Shown here one piece after another: positions 13,199 to 22,471 of a stretch of DNA of 64,000 bases. How positions within the stretch are numbered: the first letter of the stretch is position 1; each line of letters begins with the position of its first letter. Where the stretch lies: the NCBI GenBank assembly GCA_963668695.2, contig CAXXLQ010000004.1, positions 544,001 to 608,000 on the forward strand, written 5' to 3'. This DNA comes from Vicinamibacteria bacterium (GTDB lineage: Bacteria > Acidobacteriota > Vicinamibacteria > Marinacidobacterales > Marinacidobacteraceae). A program made the position numbers and the translations under genes. Below the pieces are notes generated by a model. The model had not been told where the DNA came from, did not search any database, and worked only from the letters and a program-made list of their open reading frames with translations.

Positions 13199-14158
13199 TC
13201 AGAAGCGGAGGTTCAGGAAGAAGGTGAGGGCCGCGTAGGAGACGTTCTCCTCGGTCCGGATCCGGAAGGTGACCGGCTCGCTGCCGTCGAGGCGCAGTTG
13301 CGATGCGTGGCTCCGGAGGCGTTCCCATTCGGTCTCGTCCTCGAAGGGGGCGGAACGGACATAGCGCCCCTGGAAGCCGACGGAGGCCCGGTCGGAAACC
13401 TCCCAGTCCGCACCGGCGAGAGCCTGGAACGCCGAACGGCGGTCGCCCAGTTCTCCCTGTTTGCTCGTGGTCGTCGCGGCGAGATTCCTCCGGATCTCCT
13501 CCTCGTTCGGAAGTCCCGCCGCGGTGGCGATCTTCGTCGGGTCCACACTGCGCACCCAGAGGTCGCCGTAGTCCAGTTCGGTCCAGGAAACCCCGGCGCC
13601 GAGCCCGGCAAAGGGCGTCACCGGGCCGTCCACCGGCAGGTCGAAGAGCAGATTCACGAAGACGTTGTGTGACGACACGCTGCCGATCCGGTCTTCGGCG
13701 CGCACGATCTCGCCCTCCAGCTTCCCGGCGGTGTCGCCCGTCGCGCTCGCCACCGGAGAGGTCTGGTCGTACTCCGACTCCCGGTGGAAGGTCTCCACCT
13801 CCATGCGGAACCAGTCCGTGATCCGGTGACCGACCGCAAAGCCGGCGAAAACGCCGTTGGCCGGGTCGAAAGCAGTCTGCCAGCCCGCCGCGGAGCCCCG
13901 GTCGGGATCGGTGCAGCCGGGGATTTCCGCGTACCGCGGATTGATGAACTCGTCGCACCGGCTCGCCCGGTCGTTGCTCTTCCCGTGCAACATGACGCCC
14001 GTCGCGAGGTTCGCCCCGAGGTCCCCTCGCAGGTAGAAGCCCGAACGCTTTTCCTCAGCGGAGGCTCCGGACGCCGCAACGCAAAGGACCGTGACCGCAG
14101 CGGCCGCCAGACTGGCCGCGAACCTCTCGCGCCGGACGGGAGCGAAATGCGATTTCAT
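13199..14158 (-). CDS. outer-membrane beta-barrel (opacity/porin-like) protein
   Basis: signal peptide, GFY, R.E.E, P.AG.G.G, AFQ..AG, C-terminal Phe. Confidence 0.75.
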   Translation of the reverse strand: MKSHFAPVRRERFAASLAAAAVTVLCVAASGASAEEKRSGFYLRGDLGANLATGVMLHGKSNDRASRCDEFINPRYAEIPGCTDPDRGSAAGWQTAFDPANGVFAGFAVGHRITDWFRMEVETFHRESEYDQTSPVASATGDTAGKLEGEIVRAEDRIGSVSSHNVFVNLLFDLPVDGPVTPFAGLGAGVSWTELDYGDLWVRSVDPTKIATAAGLPNEEEIRRNLAATTTSKQGELGDRRSAFQALAGADWEVSDRASVGFQGRYVRSAPFEDETEWERLRSHASQLRLDGSEPVTFRIRTEENVSYAALTFFLNLRF

Positions 14159-14994
14159 CGGATGAGTTCGAAATCCGGGGCCTCCGGCACCACCCCCGCC
14201 CGTGCCGCCATCGAAAACAGCGCCCGAAGGGCCGCTTCTCCGGAATCTCCCATGTCGCGGGTGAGCGCCGAAACGTACATCTTGACGAACTGCCGGCCGA
14301 GCTCGCGGTCGAGGCCGCGGCCGAAGAGGAGGGCGTAGTCGAGCGCCTCGTCCTCATTCGCGTAGGCCCAGTCGATGCTCGCCCGCATCGCGCGATTCAC
14401 CTCGATCGCCAGATCCCGTCCCAGGTCGCGCCGCACGACGTCGAGCCCGAGCGGCAACGGCAGCCCGTGCTCCTCCTCGAAACGGACGCCGAAATCCGAG
14501 AGCAGGTGGAACCCGCGCGCCTCGTAGGTCAACTGCCCCTCGTGGATGACGACCCCCGCCTCGGCTCGGCCCTCTTCCACCGTCTCGAAAACCTGGTCGA
14601 AGGGCACCATGACCGGTTCGAACTCCCCGATGTAGCACCGGGCAAGGAGAGCCGCCGTGGTCCGGGGGCCGGGGAGCGCCACCCGGCGCCCCTGCAGGTC
14701 CTCCAGGTTTCCGGCTTTCCGGCTCACCACTACCGGGCCGTACCCCTCGCCCATGCTCGCGCCGCTCGCCATGATCCAGTAGCGATCCGCCACCGAGAGA
14801 TAGGCGTGCGCGGAGATCGCGGTGATCGGGAGTTCGCCGGCGAGAGCGCGATCGTTCAGGCTCTCGATGTCTTCGAGGACGTGCTCCACCTGGTAATCGC
14901 GAATGCGCACCGCGCCCCTGGCGAGGGCGCAGAACATGAAGGCGTCGTCAGGGTCGGGGCTGTGCCCGATGCGCAGGATGGGAGGAGGGGTCAC
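14155..14994 (-). CDS. mqnD: 1,4-dihydroxy-6-naphthoate synthase (MqnA/MqnD family)
   Basis: GHSPDPDDAFMF, DIE.LN, GYGP, IHEGQLTY, LPLPLG. Confidence 0.9.
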   Translation of the reverse strand: MTPPPILRIGHSPDPDDAFMFCALARGAVRIRDYQVEHVLEDIESLNDRALAGELPITAISAHAYLSVADRYWIMASGASMGEGYGPVVVSRKAGNLEDLQGRRVALPGPRTTAALLARCYIGEFEPVMVPFDQVFETVEEGRAEAGVVIHEGQLTYEARGFHLLSDFGVRFEEEHGLPLPLGLDVVRRDLGRDLAIEVNRAMRASIDWAYANEDEALDYALLFGRGLDRELGRQFVKMYVSALTRDMGDSGEAALRALFSMAARAGVVPEAPDFELIR

Positions 14995-15046
14995 GGACTC
15001 GTTCCTTTTGTTTGTGCGGAGGGAAGGGCGGAAGTATTGCCTTCAA

Positions 15047-15261
15047 CAGCCTGTGGCAAAACTCACGCGGCGTTCGACGGGCGATGCATCCCGGCTGAAC
15101 TGCCCCGCTTCGCGGTGCTCTGCGTTGCGTTTCGGTCGAAATACACCCGGGCCAGTTCTCCCGGTGGGGGCTCCTCTCTCACGCGCCTTGTCAGCCGGGC
15201 GCCTCGCCCCCACCGGGAGAACTGGCCGTCTCGGCGCTCACGTGAGTTTTGCCACAGGCTG
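15047..15261. mobile_element. MITE family A copy 2 (215 bp), overlapping the 3' end of udk
   Basis: TIR CAGCCTGTGGCAAAACTCACG; flanks TCAA / TTAG. Confidence 0.88.
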
Positions 15262-15847
15262 TTAGGCGCTCCGCGGCGCGGCCCACGCACACATCGCCCC
15301 AATCCATCGGAAAAACGAGGTCGGCGACACCCGCCGCGCCGGCGAGGTAGCGCCGCTGCGCCGGGATCACCATCGTCTCGAACCGGTCGCGCACCTCATC
15401 CGCCGAATAGGAGCGCCCCGCGCCATCCCTCTGGATGCGCCTCGAGAGCAGTTCATCGAGATCTCCCTCCAGCAGAATAGAGAGATCCGCCGCCTCGCGG
15501 ACCCGGGAATCCCAGAGGGCAAAGACCCCCTCCGCGACCACCAGGTTCGTCGGGCCGAGGGATCCGGACACCCGGCGCGCTCCGGTGCCGAAGTCGTAGG
15601 CGAAACGGGGGACGGTCCGACCGGAACGGAGCGTTCCGAGATGTTCGGCGAACAGATCGAGGTCATAGGACTCCGGCTCGTCGTAGTTGACCTTGGTGCG
15701 ATCGCTTCGGGACAGGTGGGAGGTATCCCGGTAGTAGTCGTCCTGGGAGAGCACCACCGGCTCCCAACCGGGAAACCGTTCCGCCAGAGCCCGGGCGAAG
15801 CGGGTCTTGCCGGCACAGGTCCAGCCGGCGATGGCGGCCACCCTCAC
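15191..15847 (-). CDS. udk: uridine kinase family protein (C-terminus supplied by MITE)
   Basis: IAG...AGKT P-loop, SQDDYY, NYDEP.S.D, P..YDF, RRI.RD; start GTG inferred. Confidence 0.8.
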   Translation of the reverse strand: MRVAAIAGWTCAGKTRFARALAERFPGWEPVVLSQDDYYRDTSHLSRSDRTKVNYDEPESYDLDLFAEHLGTLRSGRTVPRFAYDFGTGARRVSGSLGPTNLVVAEGVFALWDSRVREAADLSILLEGDLDELLSRRIQRDGAGRSYSADEVRDRFETMVIPAQRRYLAGAAGVADLVFPMDWGDVCVGRAAERLTACGKTHVSAETASSPGGGEAPG

Positions 15848-15916
15848 GCCCGGAACCGGCGGACTCCCGTCAGATTCCCCGTCAGATTCCCCATCAATTT
15901 CAAGGTCCGGCGCTAA

Positions 15917-16150
15917 CAGCCTGTGGTGGAACCCGGGTGAGCGCCGAGAGCGGCCAGTTCTCCCGGTGGGGGCGAGGCCCAGTTCTCCCGGTGGGGGTCC
16001 GGCTGACAAGGCGCGTGAGGGAGGAGCCCCCACCGGGAGAATGGGCCCGGGTGTATTGCGACCGAAACGCAACGCAGAACGGAGCGAAGCGGAGTGGTTC
16101 AGACGGGATGCATCGCCGCTCGAACGCCGCCTGGGTTTCACCACAGGCTG
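15917..16150. mobile_element. MITE family A copy 3 (234 bp, 3 cassettes), supplies the gatB stop
   Basis: TIRs present; flanks CTAA / CTAC. Confidence 0.88.
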
Positions 16151-17628
16151 CTACCGGCGTCCAGCACCCGCTCGAGCGCCGCCCGGGCCTCGCGCGCGTC
16201 CACCTTCCCCCGGAGTTCGCGCATCAGTTGGCCCACGAAGAAACCGATCACCTTCTTCTTGCCGGCGCGGTAGGCGTCCCGGTCCGCGGGGTGTGCGGCG
16301 ACCAGCCGGGTGGCGATCTCGTCCAGCCGGGCTCCGCCGGCCAGGTCGGCGAACCCCAGGTCGCTCATGAGTTCGCGGGCGGCGCGTCCGCTCTCGCACA
16401 TCGCGGCGAAGACCTCGCGCGCGGCGTTTCGCGGCAGTTCCTTCGCCGCCAGCAGATGCATCAGTTCACCGAGCCGTTCCGGCGCTACCGCGAGCTTTCC
16501 GTCCGCTTTCTCACGGGACGCGACTTCAGTGGTAATCCAGCCCGCGGCAACCGTCGCCGCCTGCCCGAGAGGCGAACCGGCGGCCGTCGCGGCGGCCAGC
16601 GTCGCCTCGTAGTAGTCCGCCAATTCGCGGCGCGCGGCAACCCGCTCGGCCTGATCGGCGGCGATCCCATGTTCGCTCCGGTAGCGGGCCGCGCGAGCGT
16701 CCGGGAACTCGGGAAGCTGACGACGCGCCGCATCCAGCAGGCCTTCCGGGAGCCGGAGCGGGGGAAGGTCGGGATCCGGGAAGTAGCGATAGTCGGCAGC
16801 GTCTTCCTTGCTGCGCATGGGCTCCGTGATCCCCCGCGCCTCGTCGTAAAGACGCGTCTCCTGGACGACCGGCCGTCCGGCGGCCAGGAGTTCGCGGTGC
16901 CGTTGCTCTTCGTACTCGAGGGCCCGGTGGAGGAACCGGAAGGAGTTCAGGTTCTTGAGCTCCACCTTGACCCCGTAACGGGGTTCCCCGCGCCGCCGGA
17001 CCGAGATGTTGCCGTCCATGCGGAGGTTGCCCTTCTCCATGTCCGCATCGGACACCCCGCAATAGACGATCCGGCGCCGTACCTCCCGCGCGTAAGCGCA
17101 GGCTTCAGCTACCGAGCGCATTTCCGGGTCACTCACGATTTCGATGAGCGGTACGCCGGCCCGGTTGAAATCCACTCCGCTGCGCCGGTCGGAGCCTCGG
17201 AAACCATCGTGGACCAGCTTTCCGGCGTCCTCTTCGATCTGGATCCGGTTGATCCCGATTGTGCGGTCCACCGCCTCGGAATCCGGGCCCGCGTCCAGCC
17301 GGACGCGGACGGCCCCGGCCTCCGCCAGCGGAAACTCGTACTGGGTGATCTGGTAGCCCTTGGGAAGGTCCGGATAGAAATAGTGCTTCCGTTCGAAGAC
17401 CGACTCTTCGTTGATTTCGCAGTCCAGGGCGAGCCCCGCGAGCACCGCGAGTTCCACCGCTCTCCGATTGGGTACCGGCAACGCTCCCGGGAGGCCGTAG
17501 CACACCGGGCAGAGGTGGGTGTTCGGCGGCGAACCGAACTCGTTCCGGCAGCCACAGAAGAGCTTCGTCCGGGTATCGAGCTGGACGTGCACCTCCAGCC
17601 CGATGACGGTTTCGAAAGCGTCGGTCAT
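16138..17628 (-). CDS. gatB: Asp-tRNA(Asn)/Glu-tRNA(Gln) amidotransferase subunit B
   Basis: VIGLEVHVQL, YFYPDLPKGYQITQ, NRAGVPLIEIV, DYRYFPDPDL. Confidence 0.97.
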   Translation of the reverse strand: MTDAFETVIGLEVHVQLDTRTKLFCGCRNEFGSPPNTHLCPVCYGLPGALPVPNRRAVELAVLAGLALDCEINEESVFERKHYFYPDLPKGYQITQYEFPLAEAGAVRVRLDAGPDSEAVDRTIGINRIQIEEDAGKLVHDGFRGSDRRSGVDFNRAGVPLIEIVSDPEMRSVAEACAYAREVRRRIVYCGVSDADMEKGNLRMDGNISVRRRGEPRYGVKVELKNLNSFRFLHRALEYEEQRHRELLAAGRPVVQETRLYDEARGITEPMRSKEDAADYRYFPDPDLPPLRLPEGLLDAARRQLPEFPDARAARYRSEHGIAADQAERVAARRELADYYEATLAAATAAGSPLGQAATVAAGWITTEVASREKADGKLAVAPERLGELMHLLAAKELPRNAAREVFAAMCESGRAARELMSDLGFADLAGGARLDEIATRLVAAHPADRDAYRAGKKKVIGFFVGQLMRELRGKVDAREARAALERVLDAGSSLW

Positions 17629-17689
17629 CTAGCCCGGATCACGAAACACGCGGCGGAAACCTGCCGGCGCGGCTATTTCCGACACCCAA

Positions 17690-18219
17690 CAGCGGGTGGC
17701 GACAGTCGGCCAGCGTCAACCTGCGGCGCGTAGCGCCGCAGGGGTGGGGTGTGGGGAGGGGTGTCCCCTCCCCACGAAAGACGGTGGCGCGAATCGCGCA
17801 GCGATTCGCGCCACAAGCAGCCTGTAGACAAAGTGACGTGAGCACCGAGAGTGGTGAGGCGCCCCGCTGACAAGGCGCGCGAGGGAGGAGCCCCCACCGG
17901 GAGAACTGGCCCGAGTGTATTTCGACCGAGGCGCAACGATGAGCCACGCGAAGCGGGGCGGCCAGTTCTCCCGGTGGGGGCCAGCCGGGATGTATCGCCG
18001 CTCGCTTCCGGAGCGGGGCGCGAGCACCGCGGAGACCCCGGAGCGAGAGGGACGGGGGACGGGTTCACCCGGCCCCCATCTCTCTTGGCTCGGGAATGCC
18101 GCGTAACTTTGTCCACAGGCTGCTCGCCCGTGGGGAAAGCGCCCCGCCTCCGAAGAACACCCGGGAATGGGTGTGCCTCCCCACGTGGGCGTGATGCGGG
18201 GTGCTTTTTCCACGGGCTG
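17690..18219. repeat. repeat family B copy interrupted by MITE A copy 4
   Basis: shares GGGGTGTGGGGAGGG..CCCTCCCC, GGCGCGAATCGC.CAGCGATTCGCG and GCGGGGTGCTTT..CCACGGGCTG with 57963-58152 and (reverse) 44483-44700. Confidence 0.75.
17818..18122. mobile_element. MITE family A copy 4 (2 cassettes plus an extra ~90 bp insert)
   Basis: ends CAGCCTGTAGACAAAGT...ACTTTGTCCACAGGCTG. Confidence 0.8.
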
Positions 18220-20007
18220 CTAGTTCGCGTACAACGCTTTGATCTGGTCGGTGTACCGCTCCGCCACCACCCGACGCCTCACCTTCATGGTGGGCGTCAG
18301 TTCCCCGCTCTCGATGGAAAAGGCCGCCGTCACCACGGCGATCTTCTTGATTCGCTCGAACGACGCGAACCCTTCGCTCAACCGGTCGATCTCGGACATG
18401 AGGTGCTTCTGCACCCGGTTGTCGCGGGCTATCGCCTCCGGGCCGTCGGCAGGAATTCCCTTGCGTTTGCACCACCGTTCAAGCTGATCGAAGTCGGGCG
18501 CGACCAGCGCCGAGAGGAACGGCTTGCCGTCCCCGACCATTACCAGTTCCGTGATGTACACACTCGACTTGAGCCTCCCCTCGATCGGCTGCGGCGCAAC
18601 GCTCTTGCCGCCGGCGGTGACGAGCAGATCCTTCTTGCGATCCGTGATTCGCAAGAAGCCATCCTCATCAAACTCGCCGACATCTCCGGTGTGAAACCAG
18701 CCGTCCACGACCGCCTTCCGGGTGGCTTCGTCGTTGCCGAAGTACCCCTTCATCACGTTGTGGCCACGGCAGAGGATCTCGCCGTCCGCGGCGATCTTGA
18801 CGTCCACTCCGCGAATGGGAATACCGACCGAGCCGAACCGGAAGCGGTCGAGACGGTTCACGGTAATGACCGGCGAGGTCTCCGTCAGGCCGTAGCCCTC
18901 GATCACGACCCAGCCGGCAGCCAGGAAGAACTCGGCAACGTCGCGGGGGAGCGCCGCGCCCCCGGAGACGAAGAGGCGCACGCGCCCGCCCATCCGGGCG
19001 TGGAGCTTGCTGAACACCAGCTTCGTGGCCACCGCGTACTTCAGTTTCAACCCGACGGAAGGCGTGGTTCCGTCCTGGCGATGGCGGCCGACTTCGTAGC
19101 CGACCGCAAACGCCCAATTGAAGATCTTCTGCTTCAGCGGACTCCCGGCAGCAGCCGACTCGAGGACCCGGTCCCGCATCTTCTCGTAGAAGCGGGGCAC
19201 ACAGGCCATCACGGTGGGATGGACCTCGCCGATGTTCTGGACCAGGGTGTCCATGCTCTCGGCGATGGCGATCGTGACCCCGGCGTGCGGATAGAGGTAG
19301 TGGGCCACCATCCGGGCAAACACGTGGCTGTAAGGCAGCACCGAAATCGCCCGATCCTCCGGAGTGAGCCTCAGCGCTTCGTGGGAGGCCAGGGTGTTCT
19401 GAACGAGATTCTGCTGGCTGAGCATCACCCCCTTCTCCTTCCCCGTGGTTCCGGAGGTGTAGATGATGGTGGCGACGTCATCGCCGGAAACTGCCGCCGC
19501 GAGGCGCTCGGCCGCCCCGGAATCCACCCCGCGAGACCCCTTCCCCGCGTCCGTCACCGCCGACCAGGACCGTGCTCCCGAGCCCGCGACGGGAGGGTCG
19601 AGAGTGAAGATCATCTCGACGTCGGGCAGCGAATCCCGGACCTCGGCGATCTTCGCCTGTTGTTCGGCAGAAGACGCGATGACCACCCTCGCCCCCGAGT
19701 CCCGAATGATGTGGGCGGCCCGCTGCGCGGGGAGCGTCGGGTAGATCGGAACCGTGACCGCACCCAGGATCTGGAGTCCCGCCTCGATGATGAACCACTC
19801 CAGACGGTTCTCCGAAAGGAGCACCACCCGGTCTCCCTTCCGCACCCCCCGCATCGAAAGGCCCACGGCCGCATCCCGCGCAGCATCGAGCCAGTCCGCT
19901 GACGAGAGCTTTTTCCACTCGCCTCCCACCTTGTGGAGGATGGCGTCATCCTTGTTGTGCCGGGCACAGGCGGCGGCAAATAGCTGATTGATGGTCTGCG
20001 CTTCCAT
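18220..20007 (-). CDS. long-chain fatty acid--CoA ligase
   Basis: YTSGTTG.KG, GYGLTET, GWFHTGD.G, DRKK. Confidence 0.93.
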   Translation of the reverse strand: MEAQTINQLFAAACARHNKDDAILHKVGGEWKKLSSADWLDAARDAAVGLSMRGVRKGDRVVLLSENRLEWFIIEAGLQILGAVTVPIYPTLPAQRAAHIIRDSGARVVIASSAEQQAKIAEVRDSLPDVEMIFTLDPPVAGSGARSWSAVTDAGKGSRGVDSGAAERLAAAVSGDDVATIIYTSGTTGKEKGVMLSQQNLVQNTLASHEALRLTPEDRAISVLPYSHVFARMVAHYLYPHAGVTIAIAESMDTLVQNIGEVHPTVMACVPRFYEKMRDRVLESAAAGSPLKQKIFNWAFAVGYEVGRHRQDGTTPSVGLKLKYAVATKLVFSKLHARMGGRVRLFVSGGAALPRDVAEFFLAAGWVVIEGYGLTETSPVITVNRLDRFRFGSVGIPIRGVDVKIAADGEILCRGHNVMKGYFGNDEATRKAVVDGWFHTGDVGEFDEDGFLRITDRKKDLLVTAGGKSVAPQPIEGRLKSSVYITELVMVGDGKPFLSALVAPDFDQLERWCKRKGIPADGPEAIARDNRVQKHLMSEIDRLSEGFASFERIKKIAVVTAAFSIESGELTPTMKVRRRVVAERYTDQIKALYAN

Positions 20008-20499
20008 GGGTCACCTCCCGGCGCCCATCTTAGTCAACGGCTCCCGCGCGCGCAGCCCCCGCACGCGCAGCCACAGCCCAGGATCGGCCGCGGTACCGGA
20101 GTCCACGGCCGACGGAACATCACGGATCGCCGGTCGGAGGGGGCCGCGCTGCCCGGCCGGGAACGCCGGTGTTCACACCAGGAGCGCTGGGCAGTTCTCC
20201 CGGTGGGGCCCTTCAGACCGGCATCGCGGCCGCAGGCCGCGAAACTCCCATCGCTAACCGCGAAAAAGCGCGGGGACGGCTGGGAGCGCCAGTCTTCAGA
20301 CCTGTGTCGCGGCCCAGGGCCGCGAGAGCCCCTCCGTCGACGTTCATGGGTCAGCCCACCCCTATCGGGCCAGATCGCGCGACCAGAAACTTCCCGGTGT
20401 TCGGCGTCTACGCTTTGCGCCGCGTCGTCGCACCCCGACCACTGGGGCAATGCTGGTCCCCACCGGGAGAACCCTCTCCGCGCAGCGTCATCCCCTCCC

Positions 20500-21099
20500 A
20501 TGTTCGAACTCGTCTATCCCGTGGCGCTGTTCGCGGTCTCGATGTCCATTACCCCCGGACCCAACAACGTCATGGTGACCGCTTCGGGGGCGAACTTCGG
20601 ATACCGGCGGACGATCCCGCATCTCCTGGGAATCGGCCTCGGATTCCCGGCAATGGTTTGCGCGGTCGGGTTCGGTCTCGGGGGCGTCTTCGACGCGGTC
20701 CCCGAGGTACACACCGTCCTCCAGTACGTGGGCTCCGCGTACATCCTCTGGATGGCCTGGAAGATCGCAACGGCCAGCGGGATCAGCCGGGCGCAGCAAA
20801 AACCAGGGCGTCCGCTCACCTTCCTGCAAGCCGCCGGCTTCCAGTGGGTCAACCCGAAGGGCTGGGTGGTCGCGATCGGAGCGATCAGCGCATATACGAC
20901 CCTCCAGGGAGATCTCTTTTTCGAGGTCGGGGTGATCACGCTGACCTTCGCCTGCGTGAACTATCCCTGCGCCTCGCTCTGGACCCTCTTCGGGGTCGGA
21001 ATCGGGCGGCTCCTGAAGCGCGGCAGGTGGCTCCGGATCTTCAACGTGGCAATGGGGCTGCTCCTCGTCACCTCCATCGTGCCCCTGTTCGCCCGCTGA
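20500..21099 (+). CDS. LysE family translocator
   Basis: SITPGPNN, FQWVNPK.W. Confidence 0.92.
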   Translation: MFELVYPVALFAVSMSITPGPNNVMVTASGANFGYRRTIPHLLGIGLGFPAMVCAVGFGLGGVFDAVPEVHTVLQYVGSAYILWMAWKIATASGISRAQQKPGRPLTFLQAAGFQWVNPKGWVVAIGAISAYTTLQGDLFFEVGVITLTFACVNYPCASLWTLFGVGIGRLLKRGRWLRIFNVAMGLLLVTSIVPLFAR

Positions 21100-21262
21100 G
21101 CCAAAGGAGCGGTCAAGAGTCGGGATCCTGGCCCGGCGCGAGGGGTCCGCCGGCGATCCAGCGCTGGAGACATCCGTTCTCCTCCGGGCCCCTTACCCCT
21201 TCCTCGGGGACATCTCTCCGTGGGAGGGCGTAGCGAGCGGTCTGTTAGGATGCCGGGCTCAT

Positions 21263-22198
21263 ATGGCCACGGTGGAGGGGCGCGGGAATCCGGGCGCGAG
21301 CGCCGACAACCGTCCCGGTCCGCAGGTCCCCAAGGGCCTGTTCGTTCGCTGCGACGGATGCTCGGAGATCGTCTACGGACGGGCGCTCCGCGAGAACCTT
21401 GAGGTCTGTCCGCGTTGTGACTTCCACATGCGGCTCGGGGCGCGCGACCGCATCGAGATGCTCGTGGACGAGGGTGTGTATCGGGAGATCTCGGGGGGCA
21501 TCCGATCCAACGATCCGCTCCGCTTCCGGGACCGGGTGGACTACTGTGACCGGCTCCGCAAGGGAGCCGAAATCACCGGCCTCGACGACGCCATCATCGT
21601 AGTGCGCGCCGAGATCGAGCGGACTCCGGTGGTTCTCGCCGTCATGGAATACGCCTTCATCGGCGGCAGCATGGGCGTCGTGGTCGGCGAGGAGATTGCC
21701 CGGGCGGTGGAAACCGCTTGCGACGCACGCATCCCGCTGATCGTGGTCTCCTGTTCGGGCGGCGCCCGGATGCAGGAAGGCGCGCTTTCGCTGATGCAGA
21801 TGGCGAAGATTGCGTCGGCGCTCGCCGTACTCGACGACGCGGGAGTGCCCTACGTCTCGCTGCTTACCCATCCCACCACCGGGGGAGTCACGGCCAGCTA
21901 CGCGATGCTCGGCGATCTGAACCTCGCCGAGCCCGGAGCCCTGATCGGCTTCGCCGGCCCTCGCGTGATCCAGCAGACGATTCGCGGCGAACTGCCTCCG
22001 GGCTTCCAGCGTTCCGAATTCCTGCTCGACCACGGGATGCTCGACCGGGTGGTCCACCGCCGTGAGCTTCGCGGCGTGCTGGGCGGCCTCCTGCGATTCA
22101 TGTACGAGCCCGCCGGAGCGACGGCTTCAGCGGAGGAGGACACCGCCGCCAAGGTGCAGACCGCACCGGAGCCGGCGCTGGTCCGCGCCGTCCGATAG
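21263..22198 (+). CDS. accD: acetyl-CoA carboxylase carboxyltransferase beta subunit
   Basis: Zn finger C..C...C..C, GGSMG.VVGE, SGGARMQEG, PTTGGV.AS. Confidence 0.96.
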   Translation: MATVEGRGNPGASADNRPGPQVPKGLFVRCDGCSEIVYGRALRENLEVCPRCDFHMRLGARDRIEMLVDEGVYREISGGIRSNDPLRFRDRVDYCDRLRKGAEITGLDDAIIVVRAEIERTPVVLAVMEYAFIGGSMGVVVGEEIARAVETACDARIPLIVVSCSGGARMQEGALSLMQMAKIASALAVLDDAGVPYVSLLTHPTTGGVTASYAMLGDLNLAEPGALIGFAGPRVIQQTIRGELPPGFQRSEFLLDHGMLDRVVHRRELRGVLGGLLRFMYEPAGATASAEEDTAAKVQTAPEPALVRAVR

Positions 22199-22224
22199 AG
22201 CGGGCGCTCCATCCCGCTCCTGAA

Positions 22225-22451
22225 CAGCCGGTGGACAAAGTCGCGTGGCGTTCGGCCGGCGATCCATCCCGGCTGAACCACGCCGCTTCGCGTCGTTCAT
22301 CGTTCCGCTTCGGCCGAAATACAGCCAGGCCAGTTCTCCCGGTGGGGGCTCCTCCCTCGCGCGCCTTGTCAGCCGGGTTGTCAGCCGGGCGCCTCCCCCC
22401 CACCGGGAGAACCGCGGGCCTCGGCGCTCACGTCACGTTGCCCACCGGCTG
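22225..22451. mobile_element. MITE family A copy 5 (227 bp: 2 cassettes plus a 12-bp duplication), between accD and folC
   Basis: TIR CAGCCGGTGG...CCACCGGCTG; flanks TGAA / TTAA. Confidence 0.85.
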
Positions 22452-22471
22452 TTAACAGCCGGATCGGTACC

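Noticed and set aside
17851-19902. Long antisense or alternative-frame ORFs (also 37513-39783, 55998-57815, 15937-17733)
   Set aside because: Shadow ORFs of real genes in high-GC DNA, with no motifs.
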